Shown: in pieces, positions 22,529-34,351 of the stretch
Position numbering within the stretch: the first letter of the stretch is position 1
Layout of the letters: each line of letters opens with the position of its first letter
NCBI GenBank assembly: GCA_020184695.1
Contig: JAANOX010000245.1
Location: 124,001 to 188,000 of the forward strand
Direction of reading: 5' to 3'
Length of the DNA: 64,000 nt
Origin: Histomonas meleagridis 2922-C6/04-290x
Taxonomy: Eukaryota > Protista > Parabasalia
Program-made: the position numbers and the translations under genes
Notes under the pieces: generated by a model
Database searches by the model: none
What the model was told of the DNA's origin: nothing
The model's input: only the letters and a program-made list of their open reading frames with translations

Positions 22529-22901
22529 TAAAATGATTGGTAAATTTTTTTTTTTATTAGGAACGAAAATATTTGTTTGTTTCAACACAACCTACAATAA
22601 TTTTAACATTTTACATTCGTTGTACAAAATTTTTGTTTTAAAACTTTCATATAAAAAACAATTTCATAAAACTATATTATACTTAATCGTATTAAAACAC
22701 TTATTTTCGATTAAATTCATAAATTCTTTTTTACCATTATTTTAACGCATTTAACAAAATACTCAAATTAATATATACTACATTTAAATATCTAATTTCA
22801 TATATAAATTTTAATCACAAAGTATATCACTAGAAAATATATAAAAATTCAGTGAATATACGATCAAAATCCTATGAAAAAGTAGATATAAAATTATGTT
22901 T

Positions 22902-25900
22902 TTATCTATTTAACCATTCATCACACATTTCTTCTACAGTTTGTTTATCAGGCACAAAACTAAACGGCGTTATTACAGCTCCCATTGGTCTCATTCTTTT
23001 ATCCATTTCACTTTCATCATCATTTGTCCATGTAATCTTTTTCATCACTAATGAGAACTGGGAACTAGTATTCTTTACTCCAGAGAAGTTTTCCTTCAAA
23101 CACTTTTGGAATACATTTTGTAAGTCTAAATCAATGAACTTTTTCGTTGATTTCATTGATTTATTTTCTTTATTACCGATAGATTCCTGCATCTTATTTA
23201 ACATATCAGCCCACTTCGAAAATGGGTTTATTCTCATTGCGTCGATTTCTTGTATGATTTGTTTAAACGAAAAAAGATCACTTGTCGAATCAAAATCAAG
23301 TAAACGGTCGTCCCATATAATTAACGGTGGAAAACCGTTGTAATCTTTCATGTCGATGAAGTCCTCGATCATTTCACAAAGCGGTGGGAAGGTATTAACT
23401 ATTCTTTCGAACATGTAAAAGTTCGTAGGGTCTGTACTATTCAGTGGCTTTTCTTCAAGAACTTCATTTCCAATTTCATTCAAATATAAATCAGCATATT
23501 GAATTCTTCCAGATTTACTTTCATCACGTGCTACACGAGTGAACTGTCCTAGGTGCTGTTTAAATGACCCATGGACTTTAATAATTTCTTCCATTAATGA
23601 ATATAATGGAATACGCATTCTTTTACTACCAGAGAAAAGACATTGTGTATAAAAGTTACAAATATCTTCTCCATCTTTCTCATCCATTTGGTTAGCAGCA
23701 GCGGAACAAATTTTTTTCATAAGTGAAAAGATATCAATACTACTATTCGTTAAAAGATTTTGTAAAAGATACTTAATATTTTCATCTTCAACAAGCTTAA
23801 TTAATGTTTGTATTGTGTTTTTCATCATTATTGATTTTGGTGTTGAAGTTTTTAATGCATTAAAATCAATTGATAAAACACTCCACATCCAAGGAAGCAA
23901 AGCTAACAAAGCTGTATAATACCATTTTGTAGATGTAGAAAACAACAAAGGGATCTTACATTGGACTATTTTGTTCAGTACAGTAATTGAAGCTTCTAAT
24001 TGGAAAATTTCATTATTAGCAGAAGCGTCGAAAATATAATGAGCGAATCCATTAAATGGGGTAAACCATTGTTTATGGAATTTCCAAAATGTACTTTCGG
24101 TATATTGTGTTCCATCTATTTTACTTTTTTCATGGTTTAATATTTCGAAAAGTTTCGGTTTTGACAAATAAACGTCTATAATTTGGAGTGCCTCGGAATA
24201 AACGGGCGTCCACTTATAGGTATTAAACTTTAAACATTCGACAGCTATCCAAAATATCGCAATTTCTGGGATTTTGGGTGGTGTTTCTTTAAGGTTATCT
24301 TGTACCACTCTTTTTAGTACACTTAAGAGTTTACTAATGTATGAACAAATTGGTTTTGTATCATGTTCTTTTAAAAAGTTTTGTTGAGAAGTAATATTCG
24401 CTAAAGCTCTTGCCATTAAACCTATTATAGTACTATCATTAATTGGTATACCTATTAAGCAAGGCCATAATACTGAGCTTCTTTGTAAATCACCACAACA
24501 TAAACACCATCTTTGTATTTCCATTATGAATTCATCCGCTTTTTCTTGATCATATTCCATCAAATATAAATAAATCGCATTCGATATTTCATATCGATCT
24601 GTTCCAGGGATTATCTCGATGTCGACAATCGAAGTCGATCTTCTTAAGTCATTACTTACAAATGAATTATATGTGGTAGGTATTAACCCTATAATTCTTT
24701 TGAGTTCTTTTAACTTTTCTAATGATTTACCATCAGAAACTTTTTGTAACTCAGTTGTGATCAAGTCTAATAAGTTACGAATTTGTATTAAATAAATATC
24801 AATGTATACACATGAAAATGAAAATATGTACGGGATGAAGCTCAATATAGGTCGGATCGAATCTTGCGATATTTCTCCAACAAGTTTAATTAAAAAGACA
24901 TTAAAATCAATGTTCTCATATTTGGAATCTAAAAATAATTCCGATTCTTTTGAACATTGTTGTGATATTAAGTTTTCCGAAAATGTGTTTTTAAATGAAT
25001 TATAATAATATGAAATAAACTTCATTTTTGTTATTATGGTATCACCAACTATTGAAGGCTTTAAATGATAAAAATATCGAATTAATGCTATTAATGATTG
25101 ATTATCAAATTCAGTGTCTGTAGCAAATGAGATTAATATTAATAAAATTGGCTCGAAATTGGAATTTACTTCATTACCATCCATAACTAAACTTCTCCAA
25201 ACTTGAAATATTGGTGATGAAAAGTTATTAATATTTCTATTTGATAAAAATGAATTAAATAATTTTTCAACAAATGATCTACAACTAAAATGTATAAATA
25301 ATGATTCACTATCCTTACATATAACTCTATTTTCGATGTCGAATTTAATTAATTCAAACCAAGGTATTAATACACTTAAAAATCGTTCAAATAAAATTGA
25401 CTGATAATTCTTCAAGTAAATCATTGAATATAACAATAACTGCTCTGTGCAGAATTTGAAATGTTTACTTAAAAGTCGCGACAATTTGTTTACAACTTCT
25501 AATTTGATTAGTTTACCAAAATCTTGACTAATTGAATTTAATTCGATAAATAATGAATTTAAACCATAAGTATCACCATCATTATGAATCAATAAAATTA
25601 TTGGTGTAAGAGTAGCTATAGTTATAAACACATCATCCGATAAATTTTTAGTTGAATTACATATATGAATTAATGAAGTTAATATTAAAGTACCACAAGT
25701 TTCATATATTATCGAAATTTGTTCTTGATATTTATTTGTAGTTTTATGATAATGATTCCATTGTTGTTCTTTTAATAACACGTCTAAATCTAATAAATTA
25801 GGTCGATTCGAACGTCGGAAATATCGTGATATAGCTTGCATAAAAGGTTGCCCATTTGGATGTAATGAGAAATCTAAATATCTTGGATATAATATTTCGA

Positions 25901-28262
25901 AATGATTAATTAATAAGTTTAATAATAATCCTTTCGATGTTGTTGAGAATTTTAACATCAAATTCAAAAATGTATCACTTTGTATATAATTATAATTACT
26001 TCCTTCTTCTTTATCATCGAATTTATTAACAAAAAAATAACTCGATAATGACAATATTGAAAAATCTCTGATTTTCTCATGTGATACTGTCGACAAATTC
26101 ATTAATATTTCGAATAAATATTTAAGACATTTTTGTGGATTATTCGGATTAATATAACATGAACAACATGGAAATGGTGCTTCAGGTTCTACAAAAAATT
26201 TCTCTTTAAGGATTTTATAAAAGCGATAAACACAGACTAAAAAGTCTGTTATTTCTCCATGAGTTTTTTGTTCATATTGTATTATGTTAGTATTATATTT
26301 TTCGAGAAATGTACTTTTTACATCAATTATTTGTGTTAAGAAAATTTCTTTTTTGATTAATTCACTACTAATAGTTTGTAATATAGTAATAACATTATTA
26401 AAAAATGTTTCCGAATTAAATAATATCTTTGGAGTGTTCGAATTTAATAAAATCACTTTTAAGATTGGTGATCTTGGATATTTTAATAAATAATTTAATA
26501 CAAGTTCATGTTTTTTTGATGGTATTGATGATATCATTAATCGACAACTTGTAGGATATTCATCGAATAATTTATTTGCACTTTTAAGCGCATGTTTTAA
26601 TATATTTTCATTTAATGTATGCTCTTCAATCATAAATGAACATAAACATGTTAATATGTTTAAATAAAATTGTTCATAACCTTTATGTTCATTAGGATTC
26701 TTTAATATATATAATGAAAAATGTTGGAAATTTTCAATAGCTTCATAATATTTAGAGATATCTTCTGCATCTCCAAAAACTGTAAGCATTAATTGCCATA
26801 ATGTTGAGAAATTAGAATTACATGTATCTTCAAAGTTTAACGTAGTTATTGGACGTGATAATTGTGTCTTTTTCTCAAGTAAATTTGAAATTCGATTATC
26901 AATTTTAGGATCAATTAAAAGTGGAAATAAATTCATATGACTATGAATATAATGACTTAATGTGTTATCATTTAATTTATATAAGACATAAGTAAGTTTT
27001 AATGATGTATGTCGAATATGTGGATGATTACTACATAATCCAATTAATGCGATTGAATTAACTCGATTTAATTGCTCTGTAGAAACTGTTAATTTGGAGT
27101 TATTATCAAGTTTTAAAGAAGCAAAAAATTGATTATCAAAAAATCGAGAAATGGCATGAATAAATGTGTTTTGTTGTTCAAATGAAAATAAATGAAACTT
27201 ACTCGATAATTGATATACAACCTCTACCATCATCTTGGCATAATTAGGATATAATAAATTCATTGATTGAACCCATGAGATTTCTGCAGCTGATGTATAT
27301 GGATTTGATGTTAATATATCACATAAAAGAAAATAACAATCCTCAAAAGTGACTTCCTCTGAAAAATTGGTGTAAAGTAAAGTGTACATTAAACGTACTC
27401 CATAGTCATCTTCATCTTTTTCAACAGAAAATTGGAGTAAAGGTGGTGACTTGTGAAATTCACAATCAATATAACGAGAATAATAATTGGACCATGGTTC
27501 AACAACGTCACGTTTAGATTGAGGATCATATCCAATAGGAAGTAAAAATGTTGAGGTGTTATATATCTCTGAAAAGGATACAAGGGCATCTAGCTTCCCT
27601 GGAAAACCACATGAAAGATTGGATTTCCGAAATTTGGGTGAAATAATTGTGGATTGACAAGAAAATAAAATGTTGGGAACAAAGGCAGTGGGATGACTAC
27701 TATAATCAACTACATTCGGAAAGTTTAAAAAATAGGATTTGGATTTTTGTTTGACTAATTCACGAAGTTTAATTAATGAAAGTCCAAAATCAGTTTGAAT
27801 GAGATCTGGTGATTTTGGATCAAAGAAATCAAAGTTGTTGGTTTTAGTTATCCCGTTGTGTGGAGATAAAGGTGCAAATCTAAGAAATCCTGAAGCAGGA
27901 TCCAAAATATGATGAGAAACATCAACAGCTAAAATTTTAATTAATTTGTTTTCAGAATTGAATATATTTTCAATGAGTTTTTCTACAAAAAATTTGAAAT
28001 TATATGCTGATAATTGTGAAATGATGTTGGCAATTAATTGGCGAATGCTTTGATCTGTTATTGAAGGGAAAGCATTTACGCAACAATCGAATATATCAAT
28101 TGTTCTCTGTTCACTATAATCATCAGGACAAAACGAGAAAAAAAATCCTGGAATTTTACTAGTAATATTGTTTCCACGTAAATAAGAAAGAGCGTTTTGG
28201 ATTCCTTCTTTGTTTATATCTGGTTGAAATGCTTTCTGTAGCTCGTTTAGAGCTAGCTCCAT
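22902..28262 (-). CDS. Large helical scaffold, Furry/Tao3 (MOR2-PAG1)-like cell morphogenesis protein
   Basis: 1786 aa. LIGLCSNHPHIR, IFQVWRSLV...NFEPIL and RWCLCCGDLQRSS resemble MOR2-PAG1 N, mid and C segments from recalled family motifs; no search was run. Confidence 0.55.
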   Translation of the reverse strand: MELALNELQKAFQPDINKEGIQNALSYLRGNNITSKIPGFFFSFCPDDYSEQRTIDIFDCCVNAFPSITDQSIRQLIANIISQLSAYNFKFFVEKLIENIFNSENKLIKILAVDVSHHILDPASGFLRFAPLSPHNGITKTNNFDFFDPKSPDLIQTDFGLSLIKLRELVKQKSKSYFLNFPNVVDYSSHPTAFVPNILFSCQSTIISPKFRKSNLSCGFPGKLDALVSFSEIYNTSTFLLPIGYDPQSKRDVVEPWSNYYSRYIDCEFHKSPPLLQFSVEKDEDDYGVRLMYTLLYTNFSEEVTFEDCYFLLCDILTSNPYTSAAEISWVQSMNLLYPNYAKMMVEVVYQLSSKFHLFSFEQQNTFIHAISRFFDNQFFASLKLDNNSKLTVSTEQLNRVNSIALIGLCSNHPHIRHTSLKLTYVLYKLNDNTLSHYIHSHMNLFPLLIDPKIDNRISNLLEKKTQLSRPITTLNFEDTCNSNFSTLWQLMLTVFGDAEDISKYYEAIENFQHFSLYILKNPNEHKGYEQFYLNILTCLCSFMIEEHTLNENILKHALKSANKLFDEYPTSCRLMISSIPSKKHELVLNYLLKYPRSPILKVILLNSNTPKILFNSETFFNNVITILQTISSELIKKEIFLTQIIDVKSTFLEKYNTNIIQYEQKTHGEITDFLVCVYRFYKILKEKFFVEPEAPFPCCSCYINPNNPQKCLKYLFEILMNLSTVSHEKIRDFSILSLSSYFFVNKFDDKEEGSNYNYIQSDTFLNLMLKFSTTSKGLLLNLLINHFEILYPRYLDFSLHPNGQPFMQAISRYFRRSNRPNLLDLDVLLKEQQWNHYHKTTNKYQEQISIIYETCGTLILTSLIHICNSTKNLSDDVFITIATLTPIILLIHNDGDTYGLNSLFIELNSISQDFGKLIKLEVVNKLSRLLSKHFKFCTEQLLLYSMIYLKNYQSILFERFLSVLIPWFELIKFDIENRVICKDSESLFIHFSCRSFVEKLFNSFLSNRNINNFSSPIFQVWRSLVMDGNEVNSNFEPILLILISFATDTEFDNQSLIALIRYFYHLKPSIVGDTIITKMKFISYYYNSFKNTFSENLISQQCSKESELFLDSKYENIDFNVFLIKLVGEISQDSIRPILSFIPYIFSFSCVYIDIYLIQIRNLLDLITTELQKVSDGKSLEKLKELKRIIGLIPTTYNSFVSNDLRRSTSIVDIEIIPGTDRYEISNAIYLYLMEYDQEKADEFIMEIQRWCLCCGDLQRSSVLWPCLIGIPINDSTIIGLMARALANITSQQNFLKEHDTKPICSYISKLLSVLKRVVQDNLKETPPKIPEIAIFWIAVECLKFNTYKWTPVYSEALQIIDVYLSKPKLFEILNHEKSKIDGTQYTESTFWKFHKQWFTPFNGFAHYIFDASANNEIFQLEASITVLNKIVQCKIPLLFSTSTKWYYTALLALLPWMWSVLSIDFNALKTSTPKSIMMKNTIQTLIKLVEDENIKYLLQNLLTNSSIDIFSLMKKICSAAANQMDEKDGEDICNFYTQCLFSGSKRMRIPLYSLMEEIIKVHGSFKQHLGQFTRVARDESKSGRIQYADLYLNEIGNEVLEEKPLNSTDPTNFYMFERIVNTFPPLCEMIEDFIDMKDYNGFPPLIIWDDRLLDFDSTSDLFSFKQIIQEIDAMRINPFSKWADMLNKMQESIGNKENKSMKSTKKFIDLDLQNVFQKCLKENFSGVKNTSSQFSLVMKKITWTNDDESEMDKRMRPMGAVITPFSFVPDKQTVEEMCDEWLNR

Positions 28263-28503
28263 CGGAGAATATGGCCAAATAATAAGTCAAAAATCCATCG
28301 TTTTTGATTCAAAAATATGTTTGCAACAAAAAATAAATATTCTCATCAATGATTATTTTTAAGTATATTTACAACATGCAAAGTATATACAATTTATGAC
28401 TTTGTTTTTAATTTTACGTTATTTTATAATAACTATTTCAAAACTTACAAAATCAATTAAAAAATTTTTTACGAATATCTACATTTATTAACATTAAACA
28501 ATT

Positions 28504-29541
28504 TCAAATGCCACACCAATTGTTAAAATCAGCAATTTCTTTTCTCATATTCCTAATTGCTCTATCAATCAAAGCAGACTTCTTTGATAGTATCAATGCT
28601 ATATTGATCAACTTTGCATCCACCACATTTTGGTTGTTTCTGATTGCATCGATTCTGTTTTCTAATTGGTTTAACTCGAATTCCAACTCACCTATTCGAC
28701 ATTTCATGTTCTCTTTAATTGCGTTTCCTTGAGTTATCAAGTTTCTCTTTCGCATCTGTAATCGCCGTTTTTGCCCTTCAAGTTCTGAAACTTTGTATGC
28801 CCGCTCGTTGTGTGCATTCTGTAAATCTGACATCATTTGATCACCTTGCTTCCTCAAATTCTTTCCTTGTTGTTGTATAGATTCTCTCATTCGATTTGTT
28901 GATTCCTCAATTCTAGCACGTTGTGATGCCAATTCATCATCAATCCTTTTTTCATCTGATTTCATCTGCTTTTCTATTTCGCCAACTCCTTGGGTTACAT
29001 TGGCTATTTGCTTGGAAAAATTAGCTTCTGCTGCACGAGAATCAAAAGATAATGAAACATAATCACGAAGTGTAGAAACTAGAATCTTTGAATCACGTAA
29101 AAGCGTTGGATCTGTTTCAAGTTCTTGATTTAATTGAGGCATCTCTAAATAAAACTTTGAAAATTTATTTCGAAAAACTTTGCTTAAAGATTGGATTTCT
29201 TTTGCTAGTTCACTTGTTGATATTACCGGCATTTCAACTGGAATTCCAGTAAGTCCTTCAAGCATTTTTGCATCATTGATAAGTTTTCTCCTTTCTGATT
29301 TTAAGCTATCATATTCGCGATTGAGTTCATCAAGATAATTTCTCTCTTCATTTATCTGGTTGTTTGTTGCCGCTATTGTGGTTTTGATATCAAAGATTGA
29401 ATTATCTAATTGTTTGACTCTCCATTGTCTCCTATGCATATCAGCTGCTCTTGGGACAACTTGCGCAATCGTAGACAATATTTCACGTCGTTTTCCATCA
29501 AATTTATTTACCATTTTTTCATATTTTGCTTCGAAGCTCAT
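28504..29541 (-). CDS. Coiled-coil protein, possibly CCDC77-like
   Basis: Heptad-rich 345 aa. HRRQWRVKQLD...NEERNYLDELNREYDSLK resembles the CCDC77 N-terminal motif as recalled. Confidence 0.5.
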   Translation of the reverse strand: MSFEAKYEKMVNKFDGKRREILSTIAQVVPRAADMHRRQWRVKQLDNSIFDIKTTIAATNNQINEERNYLDELNREYDSLKSERRKLINDAKMLEGLTGIPVEMPVISTSELAKEIQSLSKVFRNKFSKFYLEMPQLNQELETDPTLLRDSKILVSTLRDYVSLSFDSRAAEANFSKQIANVTQGVGEIEKQMKSDEKRIDDELASQRARIEESTNRMRESIQQQGKNLRKQGDQMMSDLQNAHNERAYKVSELEGQKRRLQMRKRNLITQGNAIKENMKCRIGELEFELNQLENRIDAIRNNQNVVDAKLINIALILSKKSALIDRAIRNMRKEIADFNNWCGI

Positions 29542-29657
29542 CAAGATAAGATTTTAACGTACAATTTTCAGTTTATTTTTACAATAATTTTTTTTGATTT
29601 GCCCTTTATTTGAGCACATATTTTTATATTAAAAAATTATTAAAAAAAAAGTTTGCT

Positions 29658-30311
29658 TTATTGCTCAAGAATTTGTTTCTTGATCTTAAGCACACTATCA
29701 CCTTGCCGTATAACGACTGAATTATAAATCATAGATGGAATACTTCCACATGGATCAGCATGAACAATGAAAGTTAACCTTACACAATTCACATCTAATG
29801 GATCTGGTTCAGCTATATATGCTTGGAAAAACATGTTACCTCTCACTAACCCTTTAACAATTGGTTTCAGCTGGTGATTTTCAATTGAAGTTCTTAATAA
29901 AATTAGTTTTCCTTCCACATGAGTAATTCTTTGATACAGAAGAAAATCTCTAGGAGTCACCATAACTGATGGTGACTCGACGGCAATATAATAAAAGCAT
30001 GCATCCGGATCATTTTCAATTTGTTGAAGCATAATCCTTTCAATAAACCCATCATTTTGATCTTTTGGTGTACCTTTCTTTATGGTCGGTATATTTCTTA
30101 GTGCTTTTTCAACATCTTCCATTGTACAAGGAATAGATACAATGCTTTTTACTTGGGAAAAATTAGAACTCGCATCATTTCTCATGTAAAAAGAAATTTC
30201 AGAGTTTTGTGATTTTAAAACCCATCCATTATCTTCAATAATTTTCAAAACATTTTCTAATTTTGATTCCCATTTTGATTGATATTGATCAATATCCAAG
30301 AGAACATTCAT
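29658..30311 (-). CDS. START-domain lipid-binding protein
   Basis: GWVLKSQ, PRDFL, LILLRTSIE, VRG, DPCGSIPSMIYN are typical START motifs. Confidence 0.85.
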   Translation of the reverse strand: MNVLLDIDQYQSKWESKLENVLKIIEDNGWVLKSQNSEISFYMRNDASSNFSQVKSIVSIPCTMEDVEKALRNIPTIKKGTPKDQNDGFIERIMLQQIENDPDACFYYIAVESPSVMVTPRDFLLYQRITHVEGKLILLRTSIENHQLKPIVKGLVRGNMFFQAYIAEPDPLDVNCVRLTFIVHADPCGSIPSMIYNSVVIRQGDSVLKIKKQILEQ

Positions 30312-30315
30312 TTAA

Positions 30316-30320
30316 AGTGA
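30316..30320 (-). promoter_or_regulatory. Inr element TCACT
   Basis: TCACTTTAAATG immediately before the START-domain ATG. Confidence 0.6.
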
Positions 30321-30800
30321 TATAAAAATAAAATATATATAAAATAAAAACTTTTGATTATTGATCATCTGCAAATTGAGCAAAAGAAATTTAAACATTT
30401 TATATTTGAATTGAAAAATTTCAGAAATATTTCAATTTAGATAAATACTTTATAACATTCTATTATCAGAGTTTTGATAAGAATTAAAAATAAAATTTTG
30501 AAGTAAATCATTTCCTTGCTTAGTAATACTAGATTGTTTATTATTATTTCAACAATAAAATATCCACTTTTAAATATTAATTTTGTATTAACATGTAAAA
30601 CCATTATTATGTTTTTATTATAATCACACATCAACAAATGATATATTTCCTATTATAAATAATGTTAAATATTTGAATCCAAATCCTTGATTAAAAAGAG
30701 AAATTACCTTTGTAATTGTTCTTTTATAATAATAAAAAATTTCCAATTATTAATGCTAAATAATAAAGTATGAAATTAATGTTTTTCCTAAAGTATCATT

Positions 30801-31000
30801 GCCCATATCGTTACCCAAGCGACTGTATTCAAATTTGAATGATAATACGATAAAAAATCACTCAATCAACCCATATCGTTACCCAAAACGGTTATATTCA
30901 GAAAATCATGTACGATATGGATAAAACCGCTTTTAAGTTGTTGTTGCAAAAAGCAATAGTTATTACGGTTTATACAAAAATTAAAATAAAAAGTGAATTT
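30801..31000 (+). repeat. Left arm of an imperfect ~200-bp inverted repeat (partner 36145-36373)
   Basis: 30801-30840 GCCCATATCGTTACCCAAGCGACTGTATTCAAATTTGAAT matches the reverse complement of 36334-36373 at 37/40 positions. Further blocks (TATTCAGAAAATCATGT..AAAACCGCTTTTA; GTTATTACGGTT..ATTAAAATAAAAAGTG) match in inverted order. Confidence 0.85.
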
Positions 31001-31698
31001 ATTCAACCAAAATTTAGGTTTTCATTATCCCTGTAGAATTGGGAAAAATTAGCATCATTATTATTCATATGATGTGTACCTTTAATAAAAAATGATGTTT
31101 TTGACATTTCATCTATTTATATTATATTATATAATTTAATGATTTACTTACCAACTTTTTTCCCTATATCATGTCAACCTGCGAGTTCCTACATATACTA
31201 ATATGATTACGTATTTTGTTTAATTTTTTTCTCTTTTCTCTTCTCTAGATTTTTTTTTATTTTTTCATTATTCTTTTATTAAAATAAAATTTTCTTTTAT
31301 TTATTAATTTTTATCCTTATTATTTAAATATTAAATAGTAATTCATTTTTTATAAATTAGATATTTTGTATATTCCCTAAAAATCATTCCCCTTTAACTT
31401 TATAAGATTTTAAATCAAAAGTATTCGAATTATTTTAATTTAATTAGTCTATATATGTTCTTGATGTTTTTTCATACATTATTTATTATATCTCTCACAA
31501 AAATTAGACATATTATAAATGATTTTAAAATTTATGTTTTATAAGTTAATAATATTATTTTAATTTTTATAGTTTTTTTCAAGTTAATGAAGATCAACAT
31601 GTAAATTACATCATTGATCAATATAAAAAAAGTTAGTTAGATGGTGAAGACACTTTTTGAGCGAAGCTCAAAAAGTGGTATTACTTGTTTTATTCAAA

Positions 31699-34351
31699 AT
31701 GAACAACAAAAGTGAAATAAGTGAAACAAATCAATATCAAAATGAATGGGAATCATTTGTAATGCTCAAAAATACAATCTTTGGTTTGAATATAGATAAT
31801 TTTGTTCAATCATCGAATTTTATAATCAGCAAATTTTGTAAAGAATATTCAATATCTTATAATATAAGTATAAGCCGAATGATATATAATTCCCTTTTTG
31901 ATCAAAAAGTAACAATTTCGATATATATTTGAAATTATTACAGGAAATTGAAAAAAATTTGAAGAAAATAATCAAATCACTTCAAAAATAATAAACTTAT
32001 TTTCTCAATTTCTTCTTAGAAAAAATACACAAGAATCATTTTACTTTCTTAATTACATGATTAAATATAATTTACTTGAAGCAAAAGTCATTCAAAATAA
32101 AGGCGAACCATTTTTTGTTCATATTAATCAAGATAAATTTGATAAATATAAATATTCATTTTATCAAGAAAATATTGCTTATGAAGAACTTTCGAAGAAT
32201 GACTGGAAACTTCACAAGAAATTAATTAAAGAAGGACACAATCCAAATGAAATCGCAAAAATAATTCTAAATGATGAAGTAGAAAAACTTCAAGAAATAT
32301 CAACACAAACAAATTTTGATTTTAATCAAATAATTCGAAAATCAATTTATGAAAGATGTTCATTCATTAATCAATTTCGGATTACATTAATTGATTATGC
32401 AGCATTTTTTTCTTCAGTTAAATGTTTTAAATATTTACTTATGAATGGCGCAGAAGTAGAAAACACAGGTAAATATGCAGTTGCAGGTGGAAACATTGAA
32501 ATTGTTCATTTATGTGAACAAAATCATTCAACATTTGATAATGCATGTGAAGCTGCAATCAAGTTTCATCGAAATGATGTCTTTAAGTATATTTATGAAA
32601 ACAAATTAGAAAAAATTAAAAAATTAGAAGAATTAGGAGTAATATGTGTTTCATATTTTAATTATGAAATTTTTGCATATTTAGAAAATGAAGGAATGAA
32701 AATTAATGAAAATATTATTAATGAAGCAGCAAAAATCGGAAATATTTTTCTTGTAAAATATTTGCTGCATTTTCAGGAAACATTGAACTTGTTACATACA
32801 TTCTAAATCAAAAAGGATTTTATGTTAATGCTAAAGATATTTCTAAATTTTATATAATATTGATATTAATAATATAATATTTCAAAATAATATTTGGAAA
32901 TTATTTAAATTATTTAATACAGCACTTATCAAAGCATCTTCAAATGGTCATACAGAAATAGTTAAATTACTTCTTGAACAAGAAGGAATTGATGTTTTAT
33001 TTGATATTAATTTTAATAATTTTATATTTCAAAATAATATTTGGAAATTATTTAAATTATTTAATACAGCACTTATATTGGCATCTTCAAATGGTCATAC
33101 AGAAATAGTTAAATTACTTCTTGAACAAGAAGGAATTGATATCAATGCTAAATATATTTATTTGTTTTATTTTATGTTTATTTTAATAATTTGATATAAT
33201 AAAATAATATTTGGAAATTATTTAAATTATTTAATACAGCACTTATATTGGCATCTTCAAATGGTCATACAGAAATAGTTAAATTACTTCTTGAACAAGA
33301 AGGAATTGATATCAATGCTAAATATATTTATTTGTTTTATTTTATGTTTATTTTAATAATTTGATATAATAAAATAATATTTGGAAATTCTTTAAATTAT
33401 TTAAAACAGCACTTATCAAAGCATCTTCAAATGGTCATACAGAAATAGTTAAATTACTTCTTGAACAAGAAGGAATTGAAGTTAATGCTAAAAATATTTA
33501 TTTGTTTTATTTGATATTAATTTTAATAATTTTATATTTCAAAATAATATTTGGAAATTATTTAAATTATTTAAAACAGCACTTATATTGGCATCTTCAA
33601 ATGGTCATACAGAAATAGTTAAATTACTTCTTGAACAAGAAGGAATTGATATCAATGCTAAATATATTTATTTGTTTTATTTTATGTTTATTTTAATAAT
33701 TTGATATTTCAAAATAATATTTGGAAATTATTTAAATTATTTAATACAGCACTTATATTGGCATCTTCAAATGGTCATACAGAAATAGTTAAATTACTTC
33801 TTGAACAAGAAGGAATTGAAGTTAATGCTAAAAATATTTATTTGTTTTATTTGATATTAATTTTAATAATTTTATATTTCAAAATAATATTTGGAAATTA
33901 TTTAAATTATTTAATACAGCACTTATATTGGCATCTTCAAATGGTCATACAGAAATAGTTAAATTACTTCTTGAACAAGAAGGAATTGATGTTAATGCTA
34001 AAGATATTTATTTGTTTTATTTGATATTAATTTTAATAATTTTATATTTCAAAATAATATTTGGAAATTATTTAAATTATTTAAAACAGCACTTATTTTG
34101 GCATCTTTAAATGGTCATACAGAAATAGTTAAATTACTTCTTGAACAAGAAGGAATTGATATTAATGCTAAAGATATTTATTTGTTTTGTTTAATATTTA
34201 TTTTTATAATTCAAAATTTCAAAATAATATTTGGAAATTATTCAAATTATTTAAAACAGCACTTATAATATCATTGAAAAAAGGTCATACAGAAATAGTT
34301 AAATTACTTATTGAACAAAAAGGAATTGATATCAATACTAAAGATATATAA
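31699..34351 (+). pseudogene. DUF3447-type ankyrin-repeat gene, frameshifted, with a spacer-interrupted ankyrin array
   Basis: N-terminal part from ATG 31699 is frameshifted. The middle ORF 32057-32806 has LIDYAAFFSSVKCFKYLL and YAVAGGNIEIVHL. It is followed by ten ankyrin modules (TALILASSNGHTEIVKLLLEQEGIDVNAKD type) in changing frames; the last ends ATA TAA at 34351. Whether it is a true pseudogene is an open question (see findings). Confidence 0.75.
32839..34345 (+). repeat. 170-bp tandem array = 90-nt ankyrin module + 80-nt AT-rich spacer
   Basis: ACAGCACTT module starts at 32919, 33066, 33236, 33406, 33576, 33746, 33916, 34086 and 34256. Period is 170, with one 147-nt unit carrying a 23-nt deletion. 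Confidence 0.95.

Noticed and set aside
33496-33575. Spacer as a translated transmembrane helix (IYLFYLILILIILYF)
   Set aside because: Hydrophobicity follows from T-rich composition, several copies have in-frame stops, and 80 nt does not preserve the frame.
34006-34089. Canonical GT-AG intron in the ankyrin spacer
   Set aside because: GTTTTA...AACAG is 76 nt and leaves the wrong frame. The 51-kb spacers have GA at the equivalent position, and there is no CTAAC branch point.
32839-34345. CRISPR array
   Set aside because: Eukaryotic context; both the 90-nt and 80-nt parts are repeated, there are no unique spacers, the repeat encodes ankyrin, and no cas genes are present.
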